The translations under genes were made by a program, and so were the position numbers. Shown one piece after another: positions 39,020 through 53,770 of a stretch of 64,000 bases of DNA. Below the pieces are notes generated by a model that saw nothing but the letters and a program-made list of their open reading frames with translations, searched no databases and was not told the DNA's origin. Positions within the stretch are counted from its first letter, which is position 1; every line of letters begins with the position of its first letter. Source of the DNA: the human T2T-CHM13v2.0 reference genome, Homo sapiens; assembly GCF_009914755.1 (NCBI RefSeq), contig NC_060936.1. The stretch is one strand, 5' to 3'.

Positions 39020-39325
39020 TTTTTGTTGTTTTTTTGGGATGGAGTCTCACTCTTGTCACCCAGGCTGCAGGCTGGAGTGTAGTGGCACGATCTTGGCACT
39101 GCAACCTCTGCCTCCTTTGTTCAAGTGATTCTACTGCCTCACCCTCCTGAGTAGCTGGGATTACAGGTGGGCGCCACCACACCCAGCTAACTTTTGTATT
39201 TTTTTAAGTAGAGACGGGGTTTTATCATGTTGGCCAGGCTGGTTTTGAGCTCCTGACCTCAATTGATCCACCTACCTCGGCCTCCCAAAGTGTTGGGATT
39301 ACAGGCATGAGCCACCGCACCCTGC
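39020..39325 (-). mobile_element. AluS inside the LTR
   Basis: Antisense Alu; TSD GATAGTTTT. Confidence 0.9.
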
Positions 39326-39374
39326 GGATAGTTTTAAAACATCTTTCTGAGAACACAGAGTATAAGACTGTTCT

Positions 39375-41365
39375 TAATGTGGTTTGGATCTGTGTCCCCA
39401 CCCAAATCTCACGTTGAATTTTAATCCTCAGTGTTGGAGGAAGGACCTGGTGGGAGGTGGTTGAATCACAGGGGCAGATTTCTCTCTTTTTGTTCTCATG
39501 ATAGTGAGTGAGTTGAAACCGGGTAATGGGCAGAGGTTGGAACAATTTGGAGGGCTCAGAAGAAGACAGGAAAATGAAAGTTTGGAACTTCTGAAAGACT
39601 TGTTGAATGGTTGTGACCAAATGCTGGTAGTGTTATGGACAGTGAAGTCCAGGCTGAGGAGGTCTCAGATGGGGATGAAGAACTTAATGGAAATTGGAGC
39701 AAAGGTGACTTTTATTATACTTTAGCAAAGAGGTTAGAGGCATTGTGTCTCTGCTCTAGAGATCTGTGAAACTTTGAGCTTGGGAGTGATGATTGAGGCC
39801 ATCTGGTGGAAGAAATTTCTATGCAACAAAGCATTCAAGATGTGGCCTGGCTGCTTCTAGCAGCCTATGCTTATATTCATGAGCAAAGAAATGACATAAA
39901 ACTGGAACTGGAACTTATATTTAAAAGGGAAGCAGAGCATAAAAGTTTGGAAAATTTGCAGCCTGGCCATGTGGTAGAAAAGAAAACCCCATTTTCAGGG
40001 AAGGAATTCAAGTCAGCTACAGAAATTTGCTTAAGAGGAGCCAAATGTTAGTAACCAAGACAATTGGGAAAATGCCTTGAAACCATGACAGAGACCTTCA
40101 GAGCAGCCCCTCCCATCACAGGTCCAGAGGTCTAGAATGGAAAAATTGTTTCTTGGGCCAGGCCAAGGGCCCTGCTGCCCTGCACAACCTTGGAACAGTG
40201 CTCCCTGCACCCCAGCTGCTCCAGCTCCAGCTATGGTTAAAAGGGCTCCAGATATATCTCAGGCCACTGCTTCAGAGGGTGCAAGCCTTTAAGACTTGGC
40301 AGTTTCTTTGTGGTGCTAAGCCTGTGGGTGCGCAGAGGGAAAAAGTTGAGTCTTGGAAGCTTCCACCTAGATTTCAGAGAATTTATGGAAACACCTGGAT
40401 GTCCAGGCAGAATTCTGATGCAGGGATGGAGCCCTCATGGAGAACCTCTACTAGGACAGTGTGGAGGGGAAATATGAGGTTGGAGCCCCCACATAGAGTT
40501 CCCACTGGGGTACTGCATAGTGGAGCTGTGAGAAGAGGGCCACTATCCTCCAGACACCAGAATCGTAGATCCATTGGCAGCTTGTACCATGTACCTGAAA
40601 AAGCTGCAGGCACTCAATGCCAGCCCTTGAGAGCAGCCATGGGAGCTGAGCCCTGCAAGCCAGAGGAGCAGTGCTGCCCAAGGCTTTGGGAGCCCACCCC
40701 TTGCATCAGTGTAGCCTACATGTGAGACATGGAGCCAAAGGAGATTATTTTGGGGCTTCAAGATTTAATGACTGCCCTACTGGATTTTGGACTTGCATGG
40801 GACCTGTAGCCCCTTTGTTTTGGTGATTTATCTCTTTTGGAATGGGTGTATTTATTCAATGTCTGTAGCCCCATTGTATCTTGGAAGTAACTAACTTGTC
40901 TTTGATTTTACAGGCTCACAGGTGGAAGGGACTTGCCTTGCCTCAGATGAGGCTTTGGACTGTGGACTCTTGAGTTAATGCTGAAATATGTTAAGATTTT
41001 GGGGGACTCTTGAGAAGTGATGATTGTATTTTGTAATGTGAGAAGAGCCTGAGATTTGGGAGGGGCCAAGTGCAGAATGATACAATTTGAATCTGTGTTC
41101 CTGCCCAATCTTACATAGAATTGTAATTCATAATGTTGGAGGAGGGGGCCTAATGAGAGGTGATTGGATCATGGGGGCAGATTTCCCCCTTGCTGTTCTC
41201 ATGATAGTGAGTGAGTTCCCATGAGATCTGGTGGTTTAAAGGTGTATAGCACCTCCCCCTTCACTCTTTTCTTCCTGCTCCTGCATGTAAGATGTGCCTA
41301 CTTGTCCTTTGCATTCTGCCGTGATTGTAAGTTTCCTGAGGCCTTCTCAGCCATACTTCCTGTAA
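39375..41365 (+). mobile_element. MST MaLR element (truncated LTR, internal region, truncated LTR)
   Basis: MaLR LTR starts at 39375 and 41078; internal region is homologous to 61385-63042. Confidence 0.88.
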
Positions 41366-43544
41366 CTTTGAGCACCTCAGTTAGCCATGGGGAATTCATT
41401 TAGTCTGTTGGCCAGGGGCATACTTTGACATTTCACTCCCTTTGGTTGAAACCTGCCATAGGCAGCATTGACTACCAGTGTTATGTCTTTGTCCCATATT
41501 ATTGTTGAAGTGATGTGGCTACCTGCTCTGGGTCTGTCTAGTCCCTTGGTGGGACTTCTGTGACTAAGAGCTCATAGCCAATTTGAACAGCCTGGGCCAG
41601 GCAAGGTAGAAAGTCAGGTAAGCACCTGTTAATTGTCTAAGAGTGTTCCTTGTTGGAGTTTGGCAGAGGCATCAGGAAATTAGGAGAATTCAGGGTGTAG
41701 TCCAGTCTACAGGTAAATAACAAGGATCTGAAAACAATGTACAGATCTACAATATAGTAACAGTTATATAGTTTTTCTTTGGAAACATAAGTTTTTCTTT
41801 TTACACTGATTTTATAGGAATCTTAAATTTAAAACCTTTTGAGTTTAGGAAGCCAAATGAAGGCAAACTTTAGATTTCACTTACAATCTTAGTGTCCTTG
41901 GGCATGCCTGGAAGTAGCAATTTTGACTCACTTACGGTAAGCCTGGGAACTCTTGAAGCCAGGCATTTTATGTACATTCTTAAATATGACATTTCAGTCA
42001 AAACCTTGATATTATAACTGAGAATTCCACTTGTATCCTGCTTATAGAGAGCATGTAAATAAAATAAGAATACTCAAAAATAGTTTCTAAATTTTGGAGA
42101 TCTCAAGTAGGGAGAAAAAGCAAATGCTTCCACTTTTGTTAATGAAAGGATATTTTACCAAATTATTACAAACTATAAAAAATTATGAAGTAAATTTCCT
42201 TGAATCTGAAAAACAAAACATGTAAGACCAAGAATGCTCTAAATAAAAGTCATAAAACATTATCCTTATCAATTACTTAATTTCATGTAATCAATTTTAC
42301 CTTGCTTGACACTGATCAGCAGTTCCATGAAAAGCAATTTTGGACTATAGCTGATTGACAACACATATCACTATATCTCAGAATTTTATCACATGAAATT
42401 TTGAAACACATTTTAATAACACATTTACACATGCAACTTAAAGAAAGTTAAAAATAATTTTTATTTGACAATGCTTCCTAATAATATCTAAAAGATTTAA
42501 TTTAGGGCTTTGATCCCAGGAAACCTTCCAAAGATGTCACAAGCTTTAAAGTTCAAAGTATCTGATTCAATAGAATCAAAGTTCGCTGCAAGATGATAGT
42601 TATTCATTTAACCAGACTGACAATCAAAAGATGTCAAAAACAATAGAAAAAGTTACATGAATGTAAAAACCTTAACCCTTTTAAAGCTCAGTTTTCCTAA
42701 GTAATAAAAAACCTAATAAAGATAACTTGAAGCACAGGAAATTATCTTGGTAAAACAGAATCTTTGTTTCCTAGGCCAATTGCCCACAAGGCAAAGAAAA
42801 GAAAATCTCTTGCAATGTGATTGCTTTTTCTTTTGGTAAGTTCATTTAGATAACCTGAAAGTTAAACCTGATGAAAAGTGAACTGGCAGAACCAGAAAAA
42901 TGTTACAGGAGTCAACAAAAAGGTTGAAGGAGAATGTTATCATCCCAACCAAGCAAAAACCATATCTTTTTAGGATAGAAAGAAGTAGAGCTGTATTTCC
43001 AACCTGAAACTAGAGAAAGAAGTTAGATAGATTCCAGGGAGAAATGTGGCAGAAATAGAAACTGTTTGTAATTGAGAGGATGGCTGTCAAAGAAACACAT
43101 TTCAGAATTAATCAAAACCTCCTATAATTTTACTAAGAGCAAATCAACATTCTAAAGAAACCTTGCTATTCTAACACACGGGACAAAATCTGCATCAGTG
43201 TGTTTTTCACATCAAAGTTCAATCCCTAGTAAGACCCATAAATAATTTCCCTCCAATTGTAGACAAAGTGATGACACAGAAAATTTCCTCTATAAATGCT
43301 ATTTTTATAAACCTTATCATGACTTACTCAGACCATTTATGATATGCTTGGACATTCTGCTTTTTCTTACACTTTCTCTTTCTTAAATAACCAATCATTT
43401 TACTCTAGGAGAAAAATTTGCCATACAACATTCTTTCTTATACAAAATAATCCTCTTCCTTTTCAACCTTCCTTACCAAAAATACATCATATACTTCTCA
43501 TATGCTTACATATGGAATGGTCTTTTTCATCTCTAGTAGTTTAA

Positions 43545-43922
<378 letters not shown>

Positions 43923-44626
43923 TAACCACCAATCACATACCAAAAATCCATGATACACATTTTACAATTTCCAGAGACATAGGCTTTCTAACAAAACAAC
44001 TCTTTAATATGAAACAGGACATTTCTACTAACAGATTCAAATAACTTTTGTTTTTCTTGGAAATAAGAAGCCAGCAGTATATGAGCCTATACTTACATTC
44101 AACAACAAATATCTCAGCATTATATTTTATCTGTAAATGACCTAGACATTCAATGAACATCCATCATTTAATTTAGCTTAACTAAACTCTTAGGGTATAC
44201 TTACCAAAGAGATTTAAAAAACCTTCCCAAGTAAACATATTACAAAACATAAACCATTATCAAAAGTTAATTTACAAAATTTATCCTGTCCACATTCACC
44301 AAATCCATTCACTCTCAAAGAATTATGCCTAGAAAATTTCCAGAGACATCAAACAAATCTAGCCATTATCCCAAGCTGTTTCTGTCAACCAATTGTACAT
44401 TACTGCCTTCCAGGCAAATATTATAAAAGCAAGAACTCTAAAGTTAAATACAAGCACATTTTGCTGATAACTCAGAAGATGCAGCAATTTCCATCAAAAC
44501 AACAATTTTTTTAAAATTATTTAACAATTATTTAACAATATTAGTCTAGTCCCATCTGCCAAAAGATGACTAAATCACATTAACTTGAAAAGCATTTCAG
44601 ATTATTTGCTTAATCTATGAGTATTC

Positions 44627-44917
44627 TTTTTTTTTTCTTAAGAGATGGGCTCTCACTGTCACCCAGGCTGGAGTGCAGTGGCCCAATCATAGCTGACTGC
44701 AGCCTCAAAGTCCTGGCCAACACAGCAAAACCCCATCTGTCCTAAAAATACAAGAATTAGCCAGGTGTGGTGGTGTGTGCCTGTAGTCCCAGCTACTTGG
44801 GAGGCTGAGACACGAGAATAGCTTGAACCCAGGAGGCAGAGGTTGAGGTGAGCCGAGTGATCCTCCCACCCCAGCCTCCTGAGGAGCTTGGATTACAGGC
44901 ATAAGCCATTGCACCTG
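44627..44917 (-). mobile_element. Alu monomer (FRAM/AluJ-like) carrying an inverted 145-bp Alu insert
   Basis: TSD TGAGTA(T/C)TC; insert at 44712-44856. Confidence 0.85.
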
Positions 44918-45588
44918 GTGAGTACTCATTTATTTATAAAACAATTTGGAATTATAGACAATATATGAATAGATATGTAAACATATATATACACAAAAAT
45001 ACAGACACAAATAAAGATCTTATAGCTTTTGTTTTAAAACTTAGCTATGAGTTAAGTAAAACTGATTAGTTTAAAAAAACAATTTGATTCCAACTGCATT
45101 TCTGTAAATGGAACAGGTTGAAATTTATCTGTTCCACATGGCTGAAGCCTTTACCGAGCTTTAAAGAAAACAAGGTAGGAAATTTATACCTCAAGCACAG
45201 AAAGAATTTAAGCTTTTTCAAGAAGTCTGGGTGTGTTAGAAGAGGATTAAAATGGATATCAATGTAACATACAATTGCAGGAATTTCTCACAGGATTTTA
45301 CAAGAAAACACACAGACAAGTTCAGAAAAAATTTAGAAATGTTTCCAAAATAACCAGCTGAAAGAGTGAAAGAGGCAGGAGAAAGTGAAGGATAAAGGAC
45401 AGGTGGCAAAAAGATTTTCTGAAAGAAAGACTGGAAGAAGACAAGAAGACAGGAAGAGTGGCAGAAAGGGGAATGAAGACAGGAAGAGTGGCAGAAAGGG
45501 GAGTCTAGTGGAAGAAGTTTCTTCCAGAGGGTTTTTTGCAGTTTTAGTTTCAGGCTTAAAGCTCTAATCTCTCTTTCTATTTCATTAA

Positions 45589-45951
<363 letters not shown>

Positions 45952-46001
45952 TAAGGGAGGCAATGGTAGCCTTTTGATTCTGTTTAGAATTTTCTAAAGG
46001 A

Positions 46002-46437
46002 CCAACCCAAATACCCATCAATGATAGACTGGATAAACAAAATGTGATACATATACACTATGGAATATTATGCAGCCATAAAAAGGAATGAGATCATGTC
46101 TTTGCAGGGACATGGATGAAGTTGGAAACCATCATCCTCAGCAAACTAACACAGGAATATAGAAAACCAAATACCATATATTCTCATTCATAAGTGAGAG
46201 TTGATCAATGAAAACACATGAACACAGGGAGGGGAACAACACACACTGGGGCCTGTTGGGGGGTGGGGGCAAGTGGAGAGAGAGCATCAGGACAAATAGC
46301 TAATACATGTGGGGCTTAAAACGTAAATGATGGGTTGATAAATGCAGCAAACCATCATGGCACATGTATACCTATATAACAAACGTGCATTTTCTGCACA
46401 TGTATCCCAGAACTGAAAGTAAAATAAAATAAAATAA
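46002..46437 (+). mobile_element. Short L1PA 3' end
   Basis: L1 3' UTR and (TAAAA)n tail. Confidence 0.9.
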
Positions 46438-47365
46438 CTTTCAAAAGGGCCAGTTGCAGTGCAGAGAGCCCCTAGTCCTGGGAAACAAGGTGTAGCCACC
46501 CCCTTGCCTGTCATGTAATGCACATTCCTGGGAAACCTGGTGCTAAACCATTTGTAGATAACTTGCTTCAAAAAAAAAAAAAAAAAAGGCCAATTGGGAA
46601 AAAAAGACTCCCTGTCTGCAGCCATACCACCTTGAATGTGACAGATCTCATCTGAAAAAAAAAACTTTCCATTATCTCTGGCAGTTTTGGTGTTTTCTAT
46701 TCCAATTGTGCACACAGGAACATTTGAATTTCAAAAGAGCTCCATTTCTGCCAAAGAAGTTTAGGATTATCCTAGGTAATTTTTTCCAGAGACTTAGCCA
46801 ATTGTAACTCCCTGGATTATAATTTTTGCTTATAAAGCCAGCTGGAGTGCTGAAAAGTGGCTGATCAGCAGAGAAAATTTAAAATACAAGCTACCCATTG
46901 CACTGACTTAACAAAGACATCCCTTCCCTTCCAGTGTCCTTAGCGTGAATGTCTCCACAAAACTTTTGCACTGACCTGACAAATGCATCCTTTCAAGTGC
47001 AGTAGAAGTCCATGCATCCTGGCAAAACTGAAGTGTAAGCATACCCCATGAAGTATGAATGTACCCTACAAAGTGCAAGCATATCCCGCAAATGGGTACC
47101 TTGTGGAGCCAGATGAACAGCCTTCCTGAAGAAAATTAAGTCTGTGAGACCTTAGCCAAAGCATGGGAATTCAAGAGGACTTACTGAAGGCCACCCCCCT
47201 ACTCACCTCCCATCCTGAAGACAACTGAGGCCAAGAAGACAACTGAGTCCAAGGGGCTCTTGCAGGCCCTAATGTATTGGTTTAGGATGATGCAGGGAGG
47301 AGAGTTGTAGTTTGCTTCAAATCCCACTTCTGATGCCAAGAATGTGAATGAAAGTTCTCTGAAAA

Positions 47366-50160
47366 AGGGAGTGCCAGGGTGGGCCCATGGGCCTCCTCTG
47401 GCAGTGCTGGGCTTGAGGGCCTGAGCAAGGCACTGCCCTCACGGAGCGGCCAGGCTCTCCTTAGGGATGGCTTTGGGCGGAAGCTCTTGAGAACTCCTCT
47501 CAATCTGGCTTGGGGCTTGCCCTCACTCTCCTCATCTCCTGCCTCTGTCCCAGTCACAGCCCTGTGCCTGCCACGGAGAAGACGGAGCTGATCCTAGAAG
47601 GCCAAGCTGGCTGAGCTGGCCAGATGGTACGACTACATCACTACCTGGGTGAAGGCTGTGACAGAGCAGGGCACCAAGCTGTTCAATGAGGAGCTCAACC
47701 TGCTTTCAGTGGCCTACACATACATGGTCAGGGGATCACAGGTCTGCCTAGAGGGTCACCTTGAGCATTGAGCAGAAAACTGTTACCTCCGACAAGAAGT
47801 TGCAGCTGATTAAGGGCTATCAGGAGAAAGTAGAGTCTGAGCTGAGATCCATCTGTACCACAGTCCTGGAATTGCTGGATGAGTATTTAATAGCTGATGC
47901 AACTAATCCAGAGAGTAAGGTCTTCTAATTGAAAATGAAGGGAGATTACTTCCTGTACCTTGCCGAAGTTGCAAGTGGTGATGATTGAAAACAAGATAGA
48001 TAATTCCCAAGGAGCTTACCAAGAAGTATTTGATATAAGCAAGAAAGAGAGTCAACTCACCCACCCAATCTACCTGGGGCTTGCTCTTAACTTTTCTGTA
48101 TTTTACTGTGAGACCCTTAATAATGCAGAGCTCACCTGCATGCTGAATAAAACAGATACACTGCAGAACTTGATACACGGAATGAAGATTCATACAAAGA
48201 CAGCACCCTTATCTGCTTAGAGACAACCTAACACTATGGATATCAGACAGTGCAAGGAAGAATGTGATGCAGTAGAAGGGGCTGAAAACTAAATGCATAA
48301 AGAGTGTCATCCTTCCTCCCTTCAAGAAACCTTTTTATGCATCTCCTTTCCTTATTCCACTTGAATTTCCTATAGCAAAGAAACCCATTCATGTGCTTGG
48401 AATTAACTGTTTATAGTTTTTTCACACTGCATCTTTGGGAAAATGCCATTCCCTGATTTGTGTTTGTCTTGGCCTTCCTGATGTGCAGTTACTGCTGTAG
48501 AAAAGCATTCATAGCTTAATTTCATATAAACTTAAGTACCTTCCAAATGCTTATGTAGAGGACTAAAAAATGTATCTGGTATTTAAGTAATCTGAACCAG
48601 TTTTGCAAATGACTGTGTTTTGTATTACTGTGGAGATATAAAAATGTAGTTAATTATAATTTAAAGAATGTTCTGCCAAGACCAGCTCAGTTGTGGAGAC
48701 CCTAACCCAGAGGTGCTAGAGGAATTAAAGACACGCACACAGAAATATAGTGTGTGGAGTGGGAAATCAGGGGACTGACAGCCTTCAGAGCTGAGAGCCA
48801 TGAACAGAGATTTACCCACATATTTATTGACAGCAAGCCAGTGATAAACATTGTTTCTATAGAATATAGATTAACTAAAAGTATTCCTTATGGGAAACAA
48901 AAGGGATGGGCTGAAACAAAGGGATGGGCTCTGGCAAGTTATCTGCAGCAGAAACATGTCCTTAAGGCACAGATTTCTCATGCTATTGTTTGTGGTTCAG
49001 GAATGCCTTTAAGCAGTTTTCTGCCCTGAGTGGGCCAGGTGTTCCTTGCCCTCATTCTGGTAAACCCACGGCCTTCAGCGTGGGCATTATGGCCATCACG
49101 AACATGTCACAGTGCTGCAGAGATTTTGTTTATGGCCAGTTTTGGGGCCAGTTTATGGCCAGATTTGGGGGCCTATCCCCAGCAGTGTTCGATGTAACGT
49201 CTTAATTTCTACATTCCCTCCCTTACTCTTTGGGGGTTTCTTCTCAATAATCAACTTTTCCATGCTCTTAATGTATTCTTTTTAGTAGAAATCCAGAAAT
49301 ATCAGATTGAATGGAAAAGCGCTTGCCATTTCTGGGTTGAGGTGTCACAAATTGAAATGTCTCCTATATCACATATTATGGAGGTCATGTGAATCTGTGG
49401 AAAGAGTAAATAAGAGTTTCCTTATTCACTCTTCATATGCTGCTGTTTAAGTTGGCAGCTTTCCTTCCCAATAAAAATTCATTTACACTTCCTGCCTTTA
49501 TAGTTCTGGTATCTACTTTACTATGTAATAGAAGTAGCATGTTGCTGCCAGAATACTAGCATTTCTTTTGGCAAACTGAAGTACATGTCACTTCTTAACA
49601 CACTAGAAAGGGGAAACAAAGCACACAAGTCCAAGTCTAAAACTTTAGTACATTTCTATGCAGATTTGTGTATATGTAAGGAGGTGTCCTGTTTGTCTAG
49701 TGATTGTTATTTAGTTGGACAACTATTGTGTGTTGCTCGTCATTGACTGAAGTCCCAAAAAAGTCTTGTGAAAATGTTATGCCCTATGTAACAGCAGAAT
49801 AACATAAAATAAAATTACATTAAAAGTGATGGCAGAACCACAATTACTATTGCACCAACCTAATATAAACCATTTACTATGGCTTTGTAACAATTGCATA
49901 TTCCTATATTAAGGGACAGGTGAATTTACTACTTTCTAAAGTTTATTGATAATTCCCTTTTGTGTAAAATGTGGTAGTGATACCTATATTTCTGCATCAT
50001 GATATACTTGTCTAGGGATGCCTGGACATGTATAAGATTGGACTGCATTTCTTAGAATGTTTTACTATAGATCAGTCTCCTGGGCTATCTCTTCCTCAGA
50101 CATAAATGATATCTGGTTAAGTGTTATGTGAAATAAAGTGAACATTTTAAAACTTTAAAA
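47366..50160 (+). pseudogene. YWHAQ: Processed pseudogene of 14-3-3 theta (YWHAQ); CDS remnant 47573-48292; probably YWHAQP3 if this is human 12q13.3 (recalled, unverified)
   Basis: Intronless; ACG-GAG-AAG-ACG-GAG-CTG (M>T EKTEL) ... [17 protein letters not shown] ... [10 protein letters not shown] ... EGAEN*; stops at 47926-47928 and 47986-47988 plus indels; UTRs; AATAAA at 50132; A tail; 15-bp TSD AAAGTT(C/A)TCTGAAAA at 47351-47365 / 50161-50175. Confidence 0.96.
48674..49184 (-). mobile_element. MER9 solo LTR (HERV-K9/HML-3) in the pseudogene 3' UTR
   Basis: Antisense ...CCCCAAATCTGGCCATAAACTGGCCCCAAAACTGGCC; 6-bp TSD (A/G)TGTTC. Confidence 0.9.
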
Positions 50161-50769
50161 AAAGTTATCTGAAAAGGAATTTGGAGGAAAGTAACTTTAT
50201 TCCAGTAAACAGTTTCCAACCTGGGTCCAGCCTTCAGTGTAAAATGAAGGTGCATTCCAGAGAGCAGAGAGAGGTTTCGGTTTTATAGCAAAAGTTCCTT
50301 TCCAGGTTCTCAATCAGGTCTGTTCATGCAAATGAAAGATTGAAACTTCCTTAGTTCGGACTCACTGGGGCAGCTAAGCCCTGATTGGTTGATACAGCTG
50401 AGCCTTGATTGGCTGTGGCAGGTTATCTCTGATTGGTTTATTTCCAAGCCCCAAACCAGAAGTCTCTGTCAGGTGTTTCTTTAAAATGGCCGATGGGGGT
50501 GATTGCTGGCCCCTATTTGTCTTAATAGCAACAGGAACTGGTTTAGCTTGATTATAGGAATGGAGGTCCTATGATATTTTTACAACATCTTCTGAGAACA
50601 GAGAGTACATGACTTTTCCCAAATCCAGCCATGGCCACTTGGCTCTGTTTTAAATTTGAGCACCTCAGTTGCCCTGAGGAGTTTATCTTGTCTGTGGGCC
50701 AATGGTATGCTTTAACATGGATACCTTCAATGCCAATTCAAAATCTCAGGGTTCATTCCAGTTTTCTCC

Positions 50770-52075
50770 TGTGATATTGTGAAATATATATTTGACCTTC
50801 ATCCCCATCTCCTGACATATAGCTCCTAAAATCCTTGGAATCTCTAGAGCGATAAGAGTGTCTTTTGTATGCTAATGAGATGACTGGTGGCTGGGGCCCT
50901 AGTTTCAGAGGGAGGCTGGTTGCCAGGGAAACCAACCATGTAGATTAGAGGGTTGGAAATTTCAGTCCATCCCCCCACCCCCTCAACCTCTGGGGAGCAG
51001 AGAGTGGCTGAAGGTTGAGTTGATAATCCAATGGCCAATGCTTTAATTAATTGTGTCTACATAATGAGGCTTCCATTAAAAACCCAAAAAACCCAAAAGG
51101 ACTGAGTTCTGGAAGCGTCCAGATAACTGAATACATGGAGTTGCCTGGAGGGAGTTCTGGGGAGGGCATGGAAGCTTTGTTCCCTTCCTACTAGCCTCAT
51201 TCCATGTGCCTCTCCCATCTGGCTGTTCATGTGTATCCTTTGTCATATCCTTAATAATAAATGGGTAAATTAAGTGTTTTCCTGAGTTCTGTGAGCCATC
51301 CTAGTAACAATCAAGCCTGAGGAGGGGAGAGTGGGAACCCCAGTTTATAGCTGATCTGTCAGAATTAAATGTGACAACCTATTATAATTGGTATCAGCAG
51401 CTGGAATAATCTTATGGGACTGAGCCCTCAACCTATGGAATCTGACATTATTTCCAGGTAGGTAGTATTAGAATTGAATTGAATTAGAGGACACCCAGCT
51501 GTATCCTTTGGAGACTCTGCTGGAGAATTGGTTGTTGATGGTGTGAAAGGAAAATATCTTGGGTCCCCAAAATCACTAAAGGGAAGAGTCAAGCTGGGAA
51601 CTGCTTAGGGCAAACCTGCCTCCCATTCTATTCAAAGTCATCCCTCTCCTCACTGAGGTAAATGCATATCTGATTGCTGCCTTTGGAGAGGCTAATCAGA
51701 AACTCCAAATAATTATACCATTTGTCTCTTATCTACCTATGACCTGGAAGTCCCCTCCCCACTTTGAGTTGTCCAGCCTTTCCAGGCCAAACCAATGTTC
51801 ATCTTACGAGTGTTGATTGATGTCTCATATCTCCTTAAAAAGTATAAAGCCAAAGTGTGCTCTGACCACCTTGGGCACATGTCATCAGGACCTCCTGAGG
51901 CTGTGTCACAGGCACATGTCCTCAACTTTGGCAAAATAAACTTTCTAAATTAACTGAAACCTGTCTCACATTTTCAGGGTTCACTGTGGGGAAAAATCCT
52001 CACACATCACATCTGTGGCCACAGAAGTATTCTATGTTGATTAAGTAGTGAGAGAGAGTGGTTGTTTCCTCTGTA
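50770..52075. mobile_element. MER21-type LTR interrupted by a MER4A-type LTR (51542-51984, +)
   Basis: TGTGATATTGTGAAATATATATTTG start; inner TGTGAAAGGAAAATATCTTGGG...GGGTTCAC. Confidence 0.75.
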
Positions 52076-52176
52076 TATTCTTACATTTATCTTTCCATAT
52101 TTCTTAATCCCTTCCCAGTGAGCACTCTTATTTTCATTTCCTTAGTAGATTTACTTATTGTTCAAAACTCTTGCCA

Positions 52177-52182
<6 letters not shown>

Positions 52183-52208
<26 letters not shown>

Positions 52209-52479
52209 AGATGGAGTGTTGCTCTGTCACCCAAGCTGGAGTGCAGTGGCGCAATCTCAGCTCACTGAAACCTCTGCCTCCCACGTTCAAACAATTCTTC
52301 TCCCAAGTAGCTGGGATTACAGGTGTCTGCCACCATGCCCGGCTAATTTTTGCATTATTAGTAGAGATGGGCTTTCCCAATGTTGGCCAGTCTGGTCTCA
52401 AACTCCCGACCTCAAGTGATCCACCTGCCTTGGCCTCCCAAAGCGCAGGAATTACAGGCACGAGCCACCATGCCTGGCC
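52183..52479 (-). mobile_element. AluS
   Basis: TSD CCATTGCCC. Confidence 0.9.
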
Positions 52480-53770
52480 CACCATTGCCCCTCTTATGTA
52501 CATATTTCCTTCATGCCCCACTTGGGCTCCAACACTTCATCCCAAGCAGCCTTCCTTCGTGGACTCCCTCTTCAACCTTCTTGTGCTCTGACACTTCCTT
52601 CTGGTCATTGTGGTTCCTATCATGCACTGCAACCTCCCTTCAACATGTGTGCTTACCTTGTTTTTGAATTGAACTACTCAGGAATGGACTGGTAGAGGAG
52701 AAGAAAAGATAATCTTGCTTTTTAGAAGTTTTTTTTTATCACTAACTTAAAAATCACAATATTTTAAACTTATCTTTAAAATTGGAATATTACAGATAAA
52801 ACCAAAGGGTCTTTTGATCATTATCCCTAATTCTGCTCTGCTTACTGTTTCTCAGGAAGTAACTCGCTGTTACTAGTTTGATGTGTATCCTTCTAACCTT
52901 TAAAAATATAATTTTATATTTATATGTATGTTCCCAAGGAAAAGATATACATATTAATCTTTTAAATTTTATTCTCCAGTTTAGGAAAAGCCATCGAGGC
53001 TAGAACATTTAGAATATGATGCAAAGTCTCTTCCTTGAACAAGGCTTACTTGGAGCATGAGTCAGGATTATTTTGGTTGCTGGTGACAGAAATCCAACTG
53101 AAAGTGGCTTAGACAAAAAGAGACTGTATTGGCTAATATAATTGGGAAGTTCAAGGTACAGGAACACCAGGAAAACAGCAAGGACACAAACCACATACTA
53201 GTGTGCATCTAGGTCAGCAGTCAGTGCAGCTCCACTTAGAGCAGTGGGAGTGAAAATAGCAGAAGTAGCAAGATATCCACCTCCTGACATTATGTAATAC
53301 ATGAAAGTAGAATGAGATAAACATCTGTCAAGGAGAAATTTTTGTAAATTCTAGCTAGTATCCCACACATCAAGTTTGCTGAATTGCACATTGTGCAATT
53401 CTAGGTGGCAATTCAAAGGACAAATCCCAGCTTTGTCCTGGGACGTTTTAATACAGCCAGGATGAAGAACAGTGGATGAAACTCTAAAGGTTCAACATCT
53501 TAGTATGCAGTATTGTGTTCAAAGAGAAAACATTTACAGAAGAAACTACCCAGATAGATTCAGGGCCTTAAACTGTGTCATTAGTACACTGCCTCTCTCC
53601 ATCTCATGGTTCCATTCTCATTGTGTTGATGTCATTCTCAGTCAAGCTGTCTCCTTGACATGGTCAGGATGGCCAGTAGTCAAGCCTACATTCTATCAGC
53701 ATTGCAAGTTTCATAATAATTTTAGCACAAACCCCAGGATTGACTCTCATTGGCCTGGCTTGGGTCATAA

